Shown here in pieces: positions 40,226-55,372 of a DNA stretch of 64,000 nt (positions are counted from its first letter, which is position 1; every line of letters starts with the position of its first letter). Made by a program: the position numbers and the translations under genes. The stretch lies in assembly GCA_951406725.2 (NCBI GenBank), contig OX597826.1, positions 37,076,001-37,140,000 of the forward strand. Reading direction: 5' to 3'. The stretch is from Octopus vulgaris (lineage: Eukaryota). The notes beneath the pieces were generated by a model. That model saw only the letters and a program-made list of their open reading frames with translations. It did not search any database and was not told the DNA's origin.

Positions 40226-41867
40226 TTCCGGATCGTGCCGACGATTTAATGATCTCCACGTTTTTTATATACAACACTGCACAGGCATAGAGACATATAT
40301 CTCTTTCATGAACAAAGTCTTTTGTTAGCATACAAGCGATGTTGGTCTCATGGAGTTGCGTTTCGCAAGGACTCGACATAAGGAGGGCCCAGAGTGGGCC
40401 AAATGCAAACATTATGTTTTGAACTATAAATTTATGCAAAAACTCCATTGTTCGACACATTGGTCACTAAATGAATTCCGTTTCTTTTTTCATACATAAC
40501 CAAAAGTTCTGCCAATAACAACAAACGTCCAATTGAAGCTTAAGATATTTACTAATTGTATCATATTACAGCAGAGACAATATGTTTATAAATCAGCAGT
40601 AATGTTCGTAGAAATCTAATGTTTGGTAAAGATATAATATTTTATATAATCAGAAGGTATGGTGCTTAATAAACAACATTAAACATAATATTATTACATA
40701 TTGGTAGGAAAGGAAATTATGAAACGAAAATTAATTCTGTTGAAATAATTTTGCCTAGACATCGTAGTAATGCAACAACTGTAATTCATTAATGAACTCT
40801 TCCAAATCCCCCAATGAAACAAAGCAACAATTAATGGCATATTCTTCTTTCATAATAATATTGAATTACAATTGATGTGACATTTTGTTTTCCGATTAAT
40901 TCCAAAGGAGTGTGTTTCTTTATCTTTCGAACAATACTCATAGTTCTAGAGAATAACCTTAGCGACAATACAACAGAATTATATATAATTTAATATTTCA
41001 TGGGTTTTAGCAATGCAAAATTGTTATTAACAAAATAGTCTCCAATTTGAATTGATTTAATATACAGTGATTGAATTTCAATTCATTGAAAAGCGTTGCT
41101 AATGAATGAAAGTCTCTTCTTATTCTTTAAGGATTGCTTCTATTATCTCCTAATCAGTGGCTCTTCTCTTTTTGGTTTTGTTTTATAATTTTTCTTATCT
41201 TTTTCTTGATTTATTTCTAATCATATTTGTTTGGCCGAAACCAAAAATATTAATTTTGAATAACTCCATAATGAATATTCGAGTAACTTCAGATAAAACT
41301 CAGATTAAAATGATGTAATATGTTGCCAAACCGAACCAAAGCTTATTCCTTTCCTACTGAATAAGTTATTACATGTTAATTGATATTATTATACCCTGAT
41401 AATTCCATATATCTTTACATGCCAAACTAATACTGATCAAATGAGGAAGTTCCTTTATAATTGCTCAAACTTCTTGATACAATAGCAAAATTTCCTTCAA
41501 ATTACTCCCTTGCATCGTACATAAAGAGCGGACACAGTAGATAACGCCATTTTGTATAACACATAAAATGCTGACAGTTATAGCTTGGGACGCTCTGCCT
41601 GCTTCATAATATATGACCCGGAGCTGAACAACAATAACCTATACATTACAATATATTTTATGAGTGCGCAACAATACTCTATCTACCATTAGTAACGAAT
41701 TTAAATGTGTGTTATTTTTTAAATCTATGACGATACTTTACATTGCTGCAAGGTCACCGTTTATTGGGGAGGGTTGAATGGAGTGGAACGATACCAATAA
41801 ACATTTCTTACAGTATATATTATTGATGTTATTGTTGTTCATCTGGTTCTTTCTGTTCTTCTATCAA

Positions 41868-41891
41868 CATCATCATCATCATCACCACCAC

Positions 41892-41956
<65 letters not shown>

Positions 41957-41965
41957 ACATCATCA
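41868..41965. repeat. (CAT)n microsatellite
   Basis: Directly visible; explains the poly-His ORF. Confidence 0.95.
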
Positions 41966-42843
41966 TAATCCTAAAGCATGTCTCCTGAATCATAAAGTAT
42001 GTCACTTAGATATTAAACCAGAAACTCAGAGGATGCCATTGTGCAGTTTTAGGATCGTTTACCTGCGCTTGAACCCACGTCTCATATTGCTACAAGATAT
42101 CTGTACCTGCCTCGTATCTGGATCATATCGTTAGATGGAGGGCTCCGGTAAATTGTTGTGCAAGCCTTACTAGAACAAACATTTCAGGTTATCCAACGCC
42201 AGAAATAAATATATCGCTGAATACGTAAACTTGTTTCTGTTGTTAATGCTACTGTTGAAGTTATTGTTGTTAAAGTTGTTCTTGTTTTCGTTGTTGTTCA
42301 GCCTGATTTCAGACTTTCTAGCCAACATTATCTCCCAGGAATGCTTGGAAAATCTCCATTTTCCGATGTTTCCTTTCATAAGCTTGTTCGGTTTGATTGT
42401 AGGGAGTGTGCTTGTGTCAGGCACACATGAGAACCTTTTAGAGTACGGGATATATCGTTACATTTCTGCTTGAGTGTTATATATAACTAATACCCGTAGA
42501 CGTGTTCCTCTTCATTAGAGCAATATTCTGGATTGAATAGAAAAAGTTTTTACTTAACAATTTAGATGAAACAGAAATGGAATGTGGACAGAAAAAAGAA
42601 CGAAATTTTGTCATTGTTAATTGTAATAATAGATTTTCTAATAGTCTGTAGAGTTACTTAATTCAAGACAACATAACGAAAAAAGCTGAGCATGACTAAG
42701 AGAGATATGACAATAAAACGATTACTTTCCGAAATGGCGAAAAAATGTAATACAAGAATGTGTGTATGTGTGGTGGGTTAGTGAGTATATGTGTGTTCGA
42801 GTGTGTCTGAGTGTGCAAATATATAGATAGACAAACAGACAGT

Positions 42844-42926
<83 letters not shown>

Positions 42927-43393
42927 ATAAATAGATAGATAGATAGATAGATATATAGATAGATAGATAGATAGATAGATAGACAGATATGTAAATATTA
43001 ACTTATATTTCGTCACAAAATATATGGCTACAAATACTCTCACCGAGAATGTATGCAAATATTAACTTATATTCCAACGCAAATTATGTTAAATGAATAC
43101 ATATGTGTATCTATATTATATAACCATGTGTGTGTGTGCGTGTGTGTGCTAATATGATTTTGAAAAATGTAGCATATAAAAAAATAAAGGAAATAGTTCC
43201 ACATATTCAAACTTATTTCTGTTACGGCTGAGTAGCTGATATTATTGAAAAATAATATCTAATCATCGGAGTGTCTAGGAAATTTCATTTTACTTCAGAC
43301 TAGACTTTAAAATGATTGATGTATTTAGTTATATGAACAATAAGCAAGTGTATAATATATAATTATAATTCTACATATACGTATTTATATATG

Positions 43394-43456
<63 letters not shown>

Positions 43457-44128
43457 TTGTGCTTGAGTATACTCGGTGTGTGTGTGTGTGTGTAAACTTT
43501 AAGTTTCTTTTGCAGAAATACTACTAATAATAATAACTTGTCATTCATTTATTATACCTCGGCATCATTTTCAGTCTCCACCTCGCATCACGCACTCGTT
43601 TCAACGCTCTATATATTATATCATGGCATATCATATTTCATTTTATTATATTGTATTATATACGTACATACCTCTATGTGAATGTATATGTGTATATATA
43701 CATGTATATACACACACACATATTTTTATATAAAGAGAGAGAGAGAGAAGGAAGAGAGAGGGAAATGTGTGTAGTATGTATACAATGCACGCAATTGTAT
43801 ACATACATACAAACTGGGCATACATATATTTCTCTTTTTCGCTCTTCCTCTGTCTTTTTCCCCTCTCTCTCTCTCTCTCTCTCTCTCAACTGATGTATCT
43901 GTAGACATATACAATCTCTATTATTTTCATGAATATATAATTTACATTCCTGGACGCTGCATCAGTATAATTTTCTGAAATTTAATTTAGCATTCTATGC
44001 TTCAATTATGTGTGTGTTTGTGCGTATAAATACCTTTATTTAGTTTTGGACACACTCACACCCACATGTAATCCTAGAACTAATATACACACACGCACAC
44101 ACATATACATACATATGTATATATATAC

Positions 44129-44182
<54 letters not shown>

Positions 44183-45121
44183 GTATATATACACACATAC
44201 ATATACGATTACATACATACATAACATGATATATATAAACGTATATGTATGTATATATGTATGTATGCATATAAAACAAACGAGGGTGTAAAATGGATAT
44301 ATATGGAGGGAAGGAGTTGGTTCATGTTATGAGAGAATGTGGGATTTATTTGAGATTTAAAGATTGCTCGGTGTGTGTGTTTTTTGTTTGTTTCTTCCGA
44401 TGCATAATAGCAATCATCTCTAGATTGAATTTGAATCTGGTATTCATCCATATTCTAAATTTCCAACTGAATACAATTTCATTCTGATAACACCTACTTT
44501 ACCAAATTCCTATTCATATAAAATAATACGAACAGTTCCTGATACATAGAACTCAAAATTATCTTGATAAGATAGAAATTATCAGAAATTGATATGAACC
44601 AATTATCTGAGTATGTGTGGTACTATATGTGTTCCTATACGCTAACAATCTCTCACAAATAGACATACGTGCAATGTGTTTTTCTAAAAAAAAGAAAATA
44701 AGGAGGGACAAGAACTGAGAAACCAAGAGGTGTGTGTATCCTTGGTAAGGATAAACTATGTGTTTATGCCAGTGCGTGTGTTGTCTTGTTTGTGTGTGTG
44801 TATGTATGTGTGTGTGTTTGTGTGTGTTGAGAAAATATACATCAAGTCTGCAATGTGTGCTCTACTGTCGAAATAAAAAAAGTTTCTAGAGCAATTTTAT
44901 GTCCCAAAATTTATATATACATATATACACGTATACATACATATATATACAGATATATATGTGTGTGTGTGTGCATACATATATATATGTGTGTAGATGT
45001 ATATGTATATATGCATATATATATGTATATATACATATATAAATATGGATATATATGCATATATATGTATATATACATATATAAATATGGATATATATAC
45101 ATATATACATATATATATATG

Positions 45122-45191
<70 letters not shown>

Positions 45192-45482
45192 GTATGTATG
45201 TATGTATGAGAGATAGAAAGGGAGAAGAGTATAAAAAGCATTTTTAATATCTAGGTAATTGTTTCCCCTATGTTGATGACTACACTTCCAAATATTGTTT
45301 TACACACCTATACACAAAAACACAATGGTGCATACTCAATCGCATATGCTTAGATATGTGCGCGCGTGCATGGGTGTGTCAGTGTGTCTGTGTGTGTATG
45401 TGAATCCGTGTGTGCGTGTGAGTATTCATATGTGTGCATGTGTCTGTATGTGAAGAAAAGTGTAGGTAGATATTCACGTATA

Positions 45483-45690
45483 TTCTTTTGCTATTCTTTA
45501 ACTTCTTTCAGTCATTTGTCTGCGGTCATACTAGAGCACCGGCGTGAGTCGAGTAAATCGGCTCCCGGACAAATTCTTTGCAAGTCTAGTGCTTATTCTA
45601 TCGGTTAATTTTGCCGAACCGCTATATTACGGGGACTTAAAAACGCCAGCATCGGTTGTCAAGCGATGGTGAGAGACAAACACACACATG
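45483..45690 (-). mobile_element. SINE family A, 3' half
   Basis: Reverse complement of the 3' tail and body up to the internal microsatellite. Confidence 0.85.
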
Positions 45691-45743
45691 CACACACACA
45701 TACACACACACATATACATATATATATATATACATATATATAC

Positions 45744-45796
<53 letters not shown>

Positions 45797-45941
45797 CATA
45801 TAAATTTGTATATGCTATGTGTGTGTATGTATGCCTGTGTGTACTTATATATACAAATTTGTATGTATACGTATATATATATATATATGTTATAACATTT
45901 CTGGATGGTCACTTTTTCTTTTCAAAATAGAGTATATTTAT

Positions 45942-45996
<55 letters not shown>

Positions 45997-46950
45997 GTGT
46001 GTGTGTCTGTGTGTGTGTGTGTGTATTTGTGTGTTTGTGTGTGTATATATATATATGCATACATTATGTATATTACTGTATATATAAATTTATGTAGATA
46101 TATATGAATGTGTGCCATTAATATAGCGTACCATGTTTGATCGTGTATAGCCTATATGTGTCTTGATATCATTGATATGCATATAGATGTGTGTATATGC
46201 GATTTTATGTACGTGCATATGAACATTGATATATGCACATATATTTATTGATTTCAGCATAGAAAAAACATGGACGACATGTCCAAAATTGTGTGAGTGT
46301 TGATTAAAAGAATCTATGTGGTACTCTTGGGATTACACATTGCTCTACGCAATACTACAGTATATTAACATTTTTCAAACAATAGATAATCAATAAAAAA
46401 TATTCGATTTCCTAATCAATAAAAATAACGCTATTGTTGAAGTTTCATAGACACCTTCCTGAAAAATTTTAAGAACTAGGTCAAGAAAACATTACCATTG
46501 CAAAACATTACCAATTCTAAAGAAATGTCTTTTCCTTTGCTTTTTTTTCGCATGTGGTCTTTTGTTTCTCACTGTTGGCGTCTTTATCTAAGTACTTTTT
46601 GGGACATTTTTTTTTAATAAAATGCATATTCTTTTTAGACAAAGTATGGATTCTCTGTCTAGTTGGCTGTTTCATTGTTAGAAATTCATTGTCTTTCATT
46701 TAGGGAATAGATAAATCATGTATTTCAAGCTATTTTGTTTACTGAAAAGTGCCTTTTATAATAAGGCTATGGAGAAGATACATTTGTGGACTGTACACAT
46801 TCAATAACAGAAACTTATTAGAAATTATGTAGTATTCAAATATGGTTAATGATAGAATGTGATAAAGAACGACAGCTGTAAACAAACATTTTTCTTTATT
46901 TTGCAAGCGTCGAATGTGTATCATATGGTACAGACGACAAAGTAATATTT

Positions 46951-47182
46951 ATTTCTTTACTACCCACAAGGGGCTAAACACAGAGGGGGCAAACAATGAC
47001 AGAGAAATGGATTAAGTCGATTATATCGACCCTAGTGCGTAACTGGTACTTAATTTATCTACCCCGAAAGGATGAAAGGCAAAGTCGACCTCGGTGGAAT
47101 TTGAACTCAGAACGTAACGGCAGACGAAATACGGCTACGCATTTCGCCCGGCGTGCTAACGTTTCTGCCAGCTCACCGCCTT
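46951..47182 (-). mobile_element. SINE family B, full length, young
   Basis: Complete element with a perfect 17-bp TSD ACGACAAAGTAATATTT (46934-46950, 47183-47199). Confidence 0.96.
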
Positions 47183-47291
47183 ACGACAAAGTAATATTTC
47201 GAACGCTGTTTAGCCGAAAAAACAGCAGAAATATTGGGTGTTTTTACCGTTATATGACGGAAAAAGTTGTCAGTAGGCTATTTTTGTCAGC

Positions 47292-47363
47292 GGCTAGTTT
47301 AGCTTAATTTGTAAAGTACGCAGTTGTTATCGAGGAGGTGCGGGTTCGAGTCCCTTGACTGCC
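47292..47363 (+). pseudogene. tRNA-like sequence (pseudo-tRNA or SINE head)
   Basis: 72 nt; A-box-like TAGCTTAATTTG, B-box GGTTCGAGTCC, GGC...GCC ends, T5 run 11 nt downstream; anticodon stem does not pair, so no isotype assigned. Confidence 0.6.
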
Positions 47364-49079
47364 TGCCGTCAACTTTTTCCGTCATATGAGAGAAAAATAC
47401 CCAATTTTTACTGCTATTTTCACGGTTTTACTCCGTTCGAAATTTTACCTTTAAATGAGTTTTTACTTTTCAACAATAGCGTTATTTTTATAGATTAGGA
47501 ACTCTGATATTTTTTATTGATTATCTATTGTTTGAAAACCGTTAATATATATTTTACCCTTATATGAATTTTTCCGTCATATAATGGTAAAATAATCTTT
47601 CTGCTGTTTTTATGGCTTTACTGCGTTCGAAATCTTTCTTGTCTGAATGATACAAACCTGCGATGTTTTTGAAATTATCTCTGTAATTAATTCGCCAAGA
47701 AAGCATATAGCTTTAATTCCGGGATGCACTCCAGGGGAGCCCTTCATGATCGCCAGCTAGTCTGTAGGATAGTTTGTAGAATTAGTACATACGTTTAATT
47801 TCTCTGAAGATATATATTAACAATTTGTGTTTAGAAATATTGTCAACAACACAGCACCTTTGCTAACAATATATTTCTATACAAAATTCCAAATATTGCA
47901 AACAACTGTGACTTTCAATAAGCTTGCATAGAAGAAGAATCCTTATATAAAAAGCTTATAGGGTTTGGGTCTTTACTCTGATCTTTAGTCATCATTAAAT
48001 GTAGTTATTCTTATGTATAACAACACTATCAAATATATGAACAATAATTAACCTTTTATTTTATCATGGAAAATATTTACACATTTAAAACATTGTTCGT
48101 GTTTATTTTGTAGATTTAATATTGATATATCACCGCAAATATATTTGCGACGCTTTTACTGGAATAATTAACAACTTAATATTTCATTTAATAATCTATG
48201 AAACTTTTATAGAAATATTCATAACACGGTATTCTTTAGTTAATGACTAAGACATCTCAAGTTTGTTGTTAATAATAATTGCAATATATATATACATAGA
48301 ATTTATATATATAAAATTTTGTATACACTTATACATTCATTGATTTTAACAATTATATACTGTCATGTATGGAAAATATTTCATTGAAATCAAAGACTGA
48401 TACATAGAGGAAAACCCTTTAAAACATGGAAAACATTATGCCGTGAGGCAGAAAGATTTATAGTAAGCTGATGGTATCAATATTTTCTATTCAATAAAGT
48501 TCTAGATTGCTTAGAATATTTCTTAAGATTCACTAAGAAACCGATATAAAGAAACTTTCAATACATATTTCTTGTGGTTCCCAGCTTTATAGCGAGGTAT
48601 AAGGATTTTCCACGAAAATACCACCAGGATTAATGCTGCCATTTATGATATATTTTATGAGATTTTAATGAAGATAATGTTTAAACTGAATTTCTAAATT
48701 CAATGAAGTAGGTAAAATGAATTGTATGAGATTTTGCTGTCACATAACCAGGCTGCGCACTTTAAAGGTATCCAGCTTAAGGGATTTACCTCAAGCTAGA
48801 TATAAACATTCACTTGTATATTTGTAACATAAAAGCATGCTTGCTTTAACAGACACACACACCTACATACGGATGCCCACAAATACTCTCAAACAAATAT
48901 GCAACACCATATTTTTGTATTTTTCGTAAAAATATACATATAGCTGTGAATATATTATTTATATGCAATATTTAGTGCTTTACATGACACAACCTAAATT
49001 CGTTATACTAGATCCGAATAAGTATATATGTACCTGGAAAAACAAATATATGTTAAGTGTACAGCGCAGATGTTCTGTA

Positions 49080-49301
49080 TATGAGGATGGTTGCTGAAAA
49101 GTTCTTGGCTTTGGGTAAAAGAAAATGCTGGAGGATCGGTTTACTGTGATTTTATTCCGCATCACCTCCTCTCAGATTCACGCACTTATTACATATGTTC
49201 TTCGGGTATTCTAAGCCCTGTAAAAGAACTTGGAAGATTGGGCCTCCAATCAGCTTTTCGCGATATCTTTAAAGCCCGTAACTTTTCAGCAGTCCCTCGT
49301 A
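49080..49301 (-). mobile_element. Internally deleted mariner (MITE)
   Basis: Imperfect TIRs TATGAGG...TGCTGAAAAGTTCTTGGCTTT / AAAGCCCGTAACTTTTCAGCAGTCCCTCGTA; minus strand retains a transposase-like end CNKCVNLRGGDAE*. Confidence 0.8.
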
Positions 49302-49866
49302 TACATGTATGAATACACATACACACATATACACACACTCACACACGTAGATATATTGTATTAGAAACAAAGTAATTTCGTCTTTCACAAATAGAGAGTT
49401 ATGATATTTTGAATTACTTTTGTTAATGGTACGACTTTTTCTTTTGACATTTGATAACAACCGTTACTTTTAGCTTATTTACAGTCATTTATTTTTAAAA
49501 TAAAAATATTATTTTATCGTGAGCAATCCTTAAGACTTGCTTTGTTTACATTTATTAACTTCTTTCCAGACATTCATTTAATGAATATCAGTTACATCAG
49601 TTATATTAACGAACGCCTTCCATGTCCTGTTCTGTTACTTGTTCTGAAATCATAATCACCTGTAACATCAACGCCTTTTATTATGGATTTAAGTATGATT
49701 CTTAAAGGTCTACTACATTCCACCATATTTTGGGTGGGTTCTCGGACAATTTTTTGAGTAACAATTAACTATTTATCACAGGCGTATGATTTAAGATATT
49801 GCAAGAATAATTTAAGATATTTCAACAGTTTCAAATTATCTAAATAGCCTTTAATATAAAATATAT

Positions 49867-49977
49867 TGGCCTGCTCGCTTAGCCAGCGGGATGGCGTCAC
49901 TTGAAGGCTAAAACAATGCAAAGCGCATTGTGACCAGTGATGTGTAGCAACATCTGATAGCATGGTCGGTCACGGTG
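49867..49977 (+). mobile_element. Short retroposon 3' fragment (third family, unassigned)
   Basis: GC-richer insert ending TCACGGTGAT in AT-rich DNA, flanked by an 11-bp direct repeat ATAAAATATAT (49856-49866, 49978-49988). Confidence 0.6.
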
Positions 49978-50287
49978 ATAAAATATATATTGATAAAAAG
50001 CGTAAAGCGGGAGGTGTCCTTTGTGAATATCTAAATCAAAACTACTACATCATGTATGAAAGTGATTAATGTATTAATGCGAATTTATTAGCCAATTAAA
50101 ATGATTGAGCATTTGAGAACGTGACACGTTTATAATAAACCTTAAAATGAATTGGTAATGATGTTTCCTTGGCAACGAATTAGACTTAATGAATATAAGT
50201 TTTAGGAAAGCCTAAACCAACATCGTTCGAAAGGAGTGAATTGATTTTCGTCAGTTAACTGTTTGTCTTAATTTTCGATGCGTGACA

Positions 50288-50378
<91 letters not shown>

Positions 50379-51753
50379 TTGTCCGTTCACAAAGGGATTT
50401 ATCGGTAAGTTGCCGAGTTGTTCCATTAATTCTTATCAAGAAACCAACTCCAGTGAGGTAAAGCGGAAGCAAATTAAAACAGAATCCTATTGCATTCTGT
50501 CCGGGAATATATGATGAATCAAACAGTAAAATAAGGAAGTAGGTTAGAAAGTAAGGAGGTGGTAGCCATAATTAGTTATAATGAAGAAGATGAATGAAAG
50601 GAAACGTTATTTAGGTCAGATTCGGTCATTATAATACCGAACTTGTAAGTAACTTGTGCTTGCTATGTACCATTCAAATATTGCTCTGCTATGAATTCGG
50701 TAAAGCAACTTGCGAAGCTGATTGTTTCTCTTAATTGAAACCAGTTTGAAGACATGGAAAAGTAGATCCCAAAAGGCCTGGTAAACTGTTTTTCTACAAT
50801 CCTACATGATTTAGGCATTATTGTGTCATTATCATAATAGTTCATCTTGGAAAATAAGATAAGTCATAATGAGGTGTGATATAGAAACAATAATTTAATG
50901 ATGCAAACAATACATATCTTATAGACGAAAAAATCTATTTGATTCTATTAGTAGACAGTGCAAAACATTTCATGCGGTAAAAGATATGTCTTATCTTTTG
51001 CAACATCTGTGGAAATTCCGAATATTTTACGCTCTCATTAGACTTCCTCAGAAAAACATAGCTATAACAATTTATTGTAAATTGGTTCATAAATGTACTA
51101 GTCCGAACTGAGAAGGAATGAAACGAAACTGAAAACTTAAGTACTACATTTACGTAGATATATAAAAAAAATATCGATAGATAGATATAGATACACATAT
51201 ATACACATACATTTACGTATACGTGCCTATTGTACATAGAGAGACACAGATGCGCGAGCAAACACACATATACATATATCATGATAAATATTTTGTGTCT
51301 AAGTGTTTTGCTAATTCAATGATATACACATTTTAAAAGAATAATTGCAAGGATGTATTTCCCGTTCACATTATCTGCAGTAAAGATCAGTAATTTGTGA
51401 AAGCTAAGATATATAGTAGAGTGGTCCAAGAAAATCTAAATAAAATTAAAACACCGGAGAGATGATAAGATCTATTGCTTTTATGATTAATTCTGGCCAC
51501 GAAAACAGGGGAGACGTTTCGATTATTTCTTCTAAGACAAGTTCTCACTATGTAAGGCTCTGACCAGCCAACATGTGCCTCAAGGAAATAGGACATGTTT
51601 CTCGCGATATAAACAATACAGATAAAAGAACAAATTGGAGAACTATTATGAATTTGAAATAAAGCTATATCGGTTGGGATCGACACAATCTGTATATATA
51701 TATATGGTTATCTATATATCTATGTCCATATCTATCTATCAATCAATCAATCA

Positions 51754-51829
<76 letters not shown>

Positions 51830-52104
51830 ACCAATATGTGTTTGCATATATGTGTGTATATACCTCTTCCAGTAAATACAGAAATATAAAACAATAAATC
51901 AATAAATAAATATGGGAATATAAAGCAATCAGTGAATACAAGGGAAATGAATTGTTTGCCAAGATGTGCGTAAAAAATCAGATTAAAACACAACACGGCT
52001 CTACCCACAAGGAACTGACTCTCAGTGGAAAACTGTCGCACGTGGTTTTCGTAGAATATTGATTAGTTTTATTATCTCCCACAATACCTCTTTACATCCA
52101 TGCC

Positions 52105-52151
<47 letters not shown>

Positions 52152-52596
52152 TGTATATATATAGACACACACACATATATAAACACATATATATAAACAC
52201 ATATATATAAACACGTATATATAAACATACATACATGCCTACATATATGTGTATACATATACATAATCACCAACCAGTTGGTTGTTTCATACACCACCCA
52301 AAGCAAGCTGTTTTCTTCATAACGTAAATTACAGAGTTCCAATGTTTTTTTCTATCGTTGTATTCTCTTTATCTTTCAGGTTTGTTCAATTGCGAGACGC
52401 TTGTAGAATACATCTTCAATATCGCTCATATAGAGAAGCGGACGAACAGTCGATAATTAAATATTATCTGAATTATTACTACTATTTATTTATGCATGCA
52501 CTGGTACCCTTAAATAGTCCATTTCTTGACCGTTCAGTAACCAAAGAGATACGTATGCCTCAATATTTCTCTCCCTATACACACACACACACATAT

Positions 52597-52633
<37 letters not shown>

Positions 52634-52761
52634 TATAAATAAGCATATATATATATACACGCATACACACATATACACACATATAAATATCACTAAATAT
52701 ATATATATATATATATGTATACATATATGACACGATACATATAACATATATATATATATAC

Positions 52762-52806
<45 letters not shown>

Positions 52807-53038
52807 CATACAAACATGTATATGTATGTACATGTATATGAATGTATACATGCATGAATCTCATAAAACGTGGTTAGAAAACATACTTCATGACTCAGAG
52901 ACATGTCTGAGTATATATGCTTATATACCGAAGTCAGAGCAGACAGATACATATGTATGTGTGCCTGTCCATGTGTCTGTGTGTCTAAGTGTGTGTGTGT
53001 ACATACGTATTAATGTATTAATGCATGAGTATAGATAC

Positions 53039-53232
53039 AAGGGGGCGAGCTGACAGTCTCGTTAGCACGCCGGAGGGAACCGCTTAGCGACATTTCATCC
53101 ATGTATATGTTCTGATTTCAAATACCACTGCGGTTAATAGTACCTTGAACCTTTTAGGGTCGATAAAAATGGGTACCAGTTGAACACTTTTCTTCTCTGC
53201 AGAAATTACTTGTCTTGCGCCAAACTGAAACA
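53039..53232 (+). mobile_element. SINE family B, diverged
   Basis: GGCGAGCTGACAGTCTCGTTAGCACGCCGG head and CCTTTTAGGGTCGATAAAAATGGGTACCAG. Confidence 0.8.
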
Positions 53233-55043
53233 TTGGTGAATGGATTGCATTTAGATATTGGTATACGCACCGAAACTTGCACACAGGTGTATTATACATA
53301 TACAAAGCGCAAACATGAATATATCTGGAAACATATATGCATAAACATAGCATACATGTTAATGTATATATTCGTATATATATATATGCATGTGTGTTTA
53401 TGTATATTGGTATTGATGTAAGACAGATTGATTCTGAGACTCACTACATGTTCCACAATTTAGTTTTTAAATCATAATGAATTTCAAAGTATCATCTTTC
53501 TTTTTCTATAATTATGAGTGTATTAATATTTGCAGTAGCAGAAGATACTTTTGCCTTCATTTCATTATATTAGCTCACGTCTATTTAATAATTTGCTTGT
53601 TCGTCCGCCCGTTACACTTTAGTTAATTTTCGAAGAGGTGGAGTAAAACTGTGTACATGTGTGTGAGAGAGTGAGAGAGATGGGGGTGTGAAGGAGATGA
53701 GGAGTTTGAGTACAGAAGAAATAAGCGAGGAAGAATTAGGGGAAAAGGTATGATGATGCCAAATGCGAGACGTGGTTAGTTGAAGTGCAAGAGAAAAAGA
53801 CAATGAGAAAAAAGAGGGAGAGAGAAGTGTTAATGAAGAGCTGTAGATTGGATACGTAAATGTAAGGAGAAAGAGATTTGGTTAAGGATACAATATTTAG
53901 CAGAGGGTACTGTTCTTGTTGTGAGGTTAGAGAAAGGCATAAAGGGAGGAGATAGATAGGGGAAGCAGTTGCATTAAGAAAGAGATAGAGACTTAGTGGA
54001 AATGAGAGGTGAAGGGAAAGAGAGACATGTTAAAGACATGAAGACGGGAATTACATGGTTAAAAGGTTTGTTGAAGAGGGAGAGAGAAAGAGAGAAATAT
54101 AAAATGCTTAGCAGGAGGAAATTTTAAAACATATGTTGTTCTGACTGGTTGTGAAATACTTAACAAAATAAAAATAAGAATACAAATCATCCTTTCTTTC
54201 TGTGGAATTTCCACGGGACCTACTACCTCAGTCATATGTTCTACCTTCTGATAAAATCCATTTTATTTCTTTATTTTCAATAATTTTTGTGTTTTGGGGT
54301 TTTTATACAGAATAGCTATGTTGCATACTTATCTGCCCAAATTTTACACGCACATATTTATAATTTCATGTAAAACCAAGTATTGCAGAAAGCAGAATTG
54401 TCCAGCTTCTGTATTATCTCAGTTGCCTTCTCTTCCATGTCATCAACTTGACTTGAAATTTGCTTGATTGTACTGACATCGTGCATTTCTCTAGTACAAA
54501 GGACTTCTTAATGTCCTTGCTAAAATTGACATAATTGAGATTCCAAAACAGGTAATTATATGCAGCATGCAACTTTAGTTCAACTACGAAGAAACACAGT
54601 GAATGTTTATAGTCTTCGCTTTCTCCAAATGAATTTAATCATTAGCAAACTCAAAGCAACAACCTTAGGATGACATGATGACTATTTGTACTGACATTTG
54701 AAATATCCTAGCAGATATTTCTGTAAGGCTAAATCTTCGATTCATAGTATTGTGCTCTACCATAAGAACAGTGTTTATTGTAGTGCAAATGAAGAGCACC
54801 ATGGTGACATGGGATTTCTGCACTTCTAAATATTTTATAAACCATGTATTTCAGACCAAAGCGAAGCACTTTTTGTAACAGATGCGATCAACAATCTGGT
54901 TCATTTCTGCGCAGTTCTGCATCGAGAAGTATTTATTTAAAAAAACACGCTGAATTGTTCTCTGCAGCTTACGGTAGAGATCATCAGTCTTCCATACACT
55001 ACATGAATTTAACCTTATTTCCCCGTTGGACATTTTTTTATTG

Positions 55044-55372
55044 TTTTATTCTTTTTTTTTTTGTTTCAGTCATTTGACTGCGGCCATATTAGAGCACCGC
55101 CTTGAAGGGTTTTGTCGGACAAATGACCCCCAGGACTTATTTTTGAAGCCTCATACTTATTCTATCGGTTTCTTTTACCGAACCGCTAGTTTACAGAGAC
55201 GTAAATACATCAACACAGGCTGTCAAGCAGTGATGGGAGGAAAAAACAGACACACACACATTGATATACATATATACATATAAACGACAGGCTTCTTTCA
55301 GTTTCCATCTAACAAATCTATCCCAAGGTTTTGGTCGGTCCGACAAATAAGACACTTGTCCCAGCTGCCACA
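55044..55372 (-). mobile_element. SINE family A, lacking most of the head
   Basis: Collinear with the reverse complement of 5209-5600. Confidence 0.88.

Larger units (their letters stand above)
46361..47670. repeat. Nested inverted-repeat complex around a tRNA-like core
   Basis: 46361-46441 pairs with 47469-47549; about 47188-47278 pairs with 47364-47452; a third copy of the inner arm lies at about 47568-47670. Confidence 0.8.

Noticed and set aside
52282-52638. 118-aa ORF with an internal acceptor-like site at 52379
   Set aside because: No recognisable domain, weak donor, and it runs into microsatellite.
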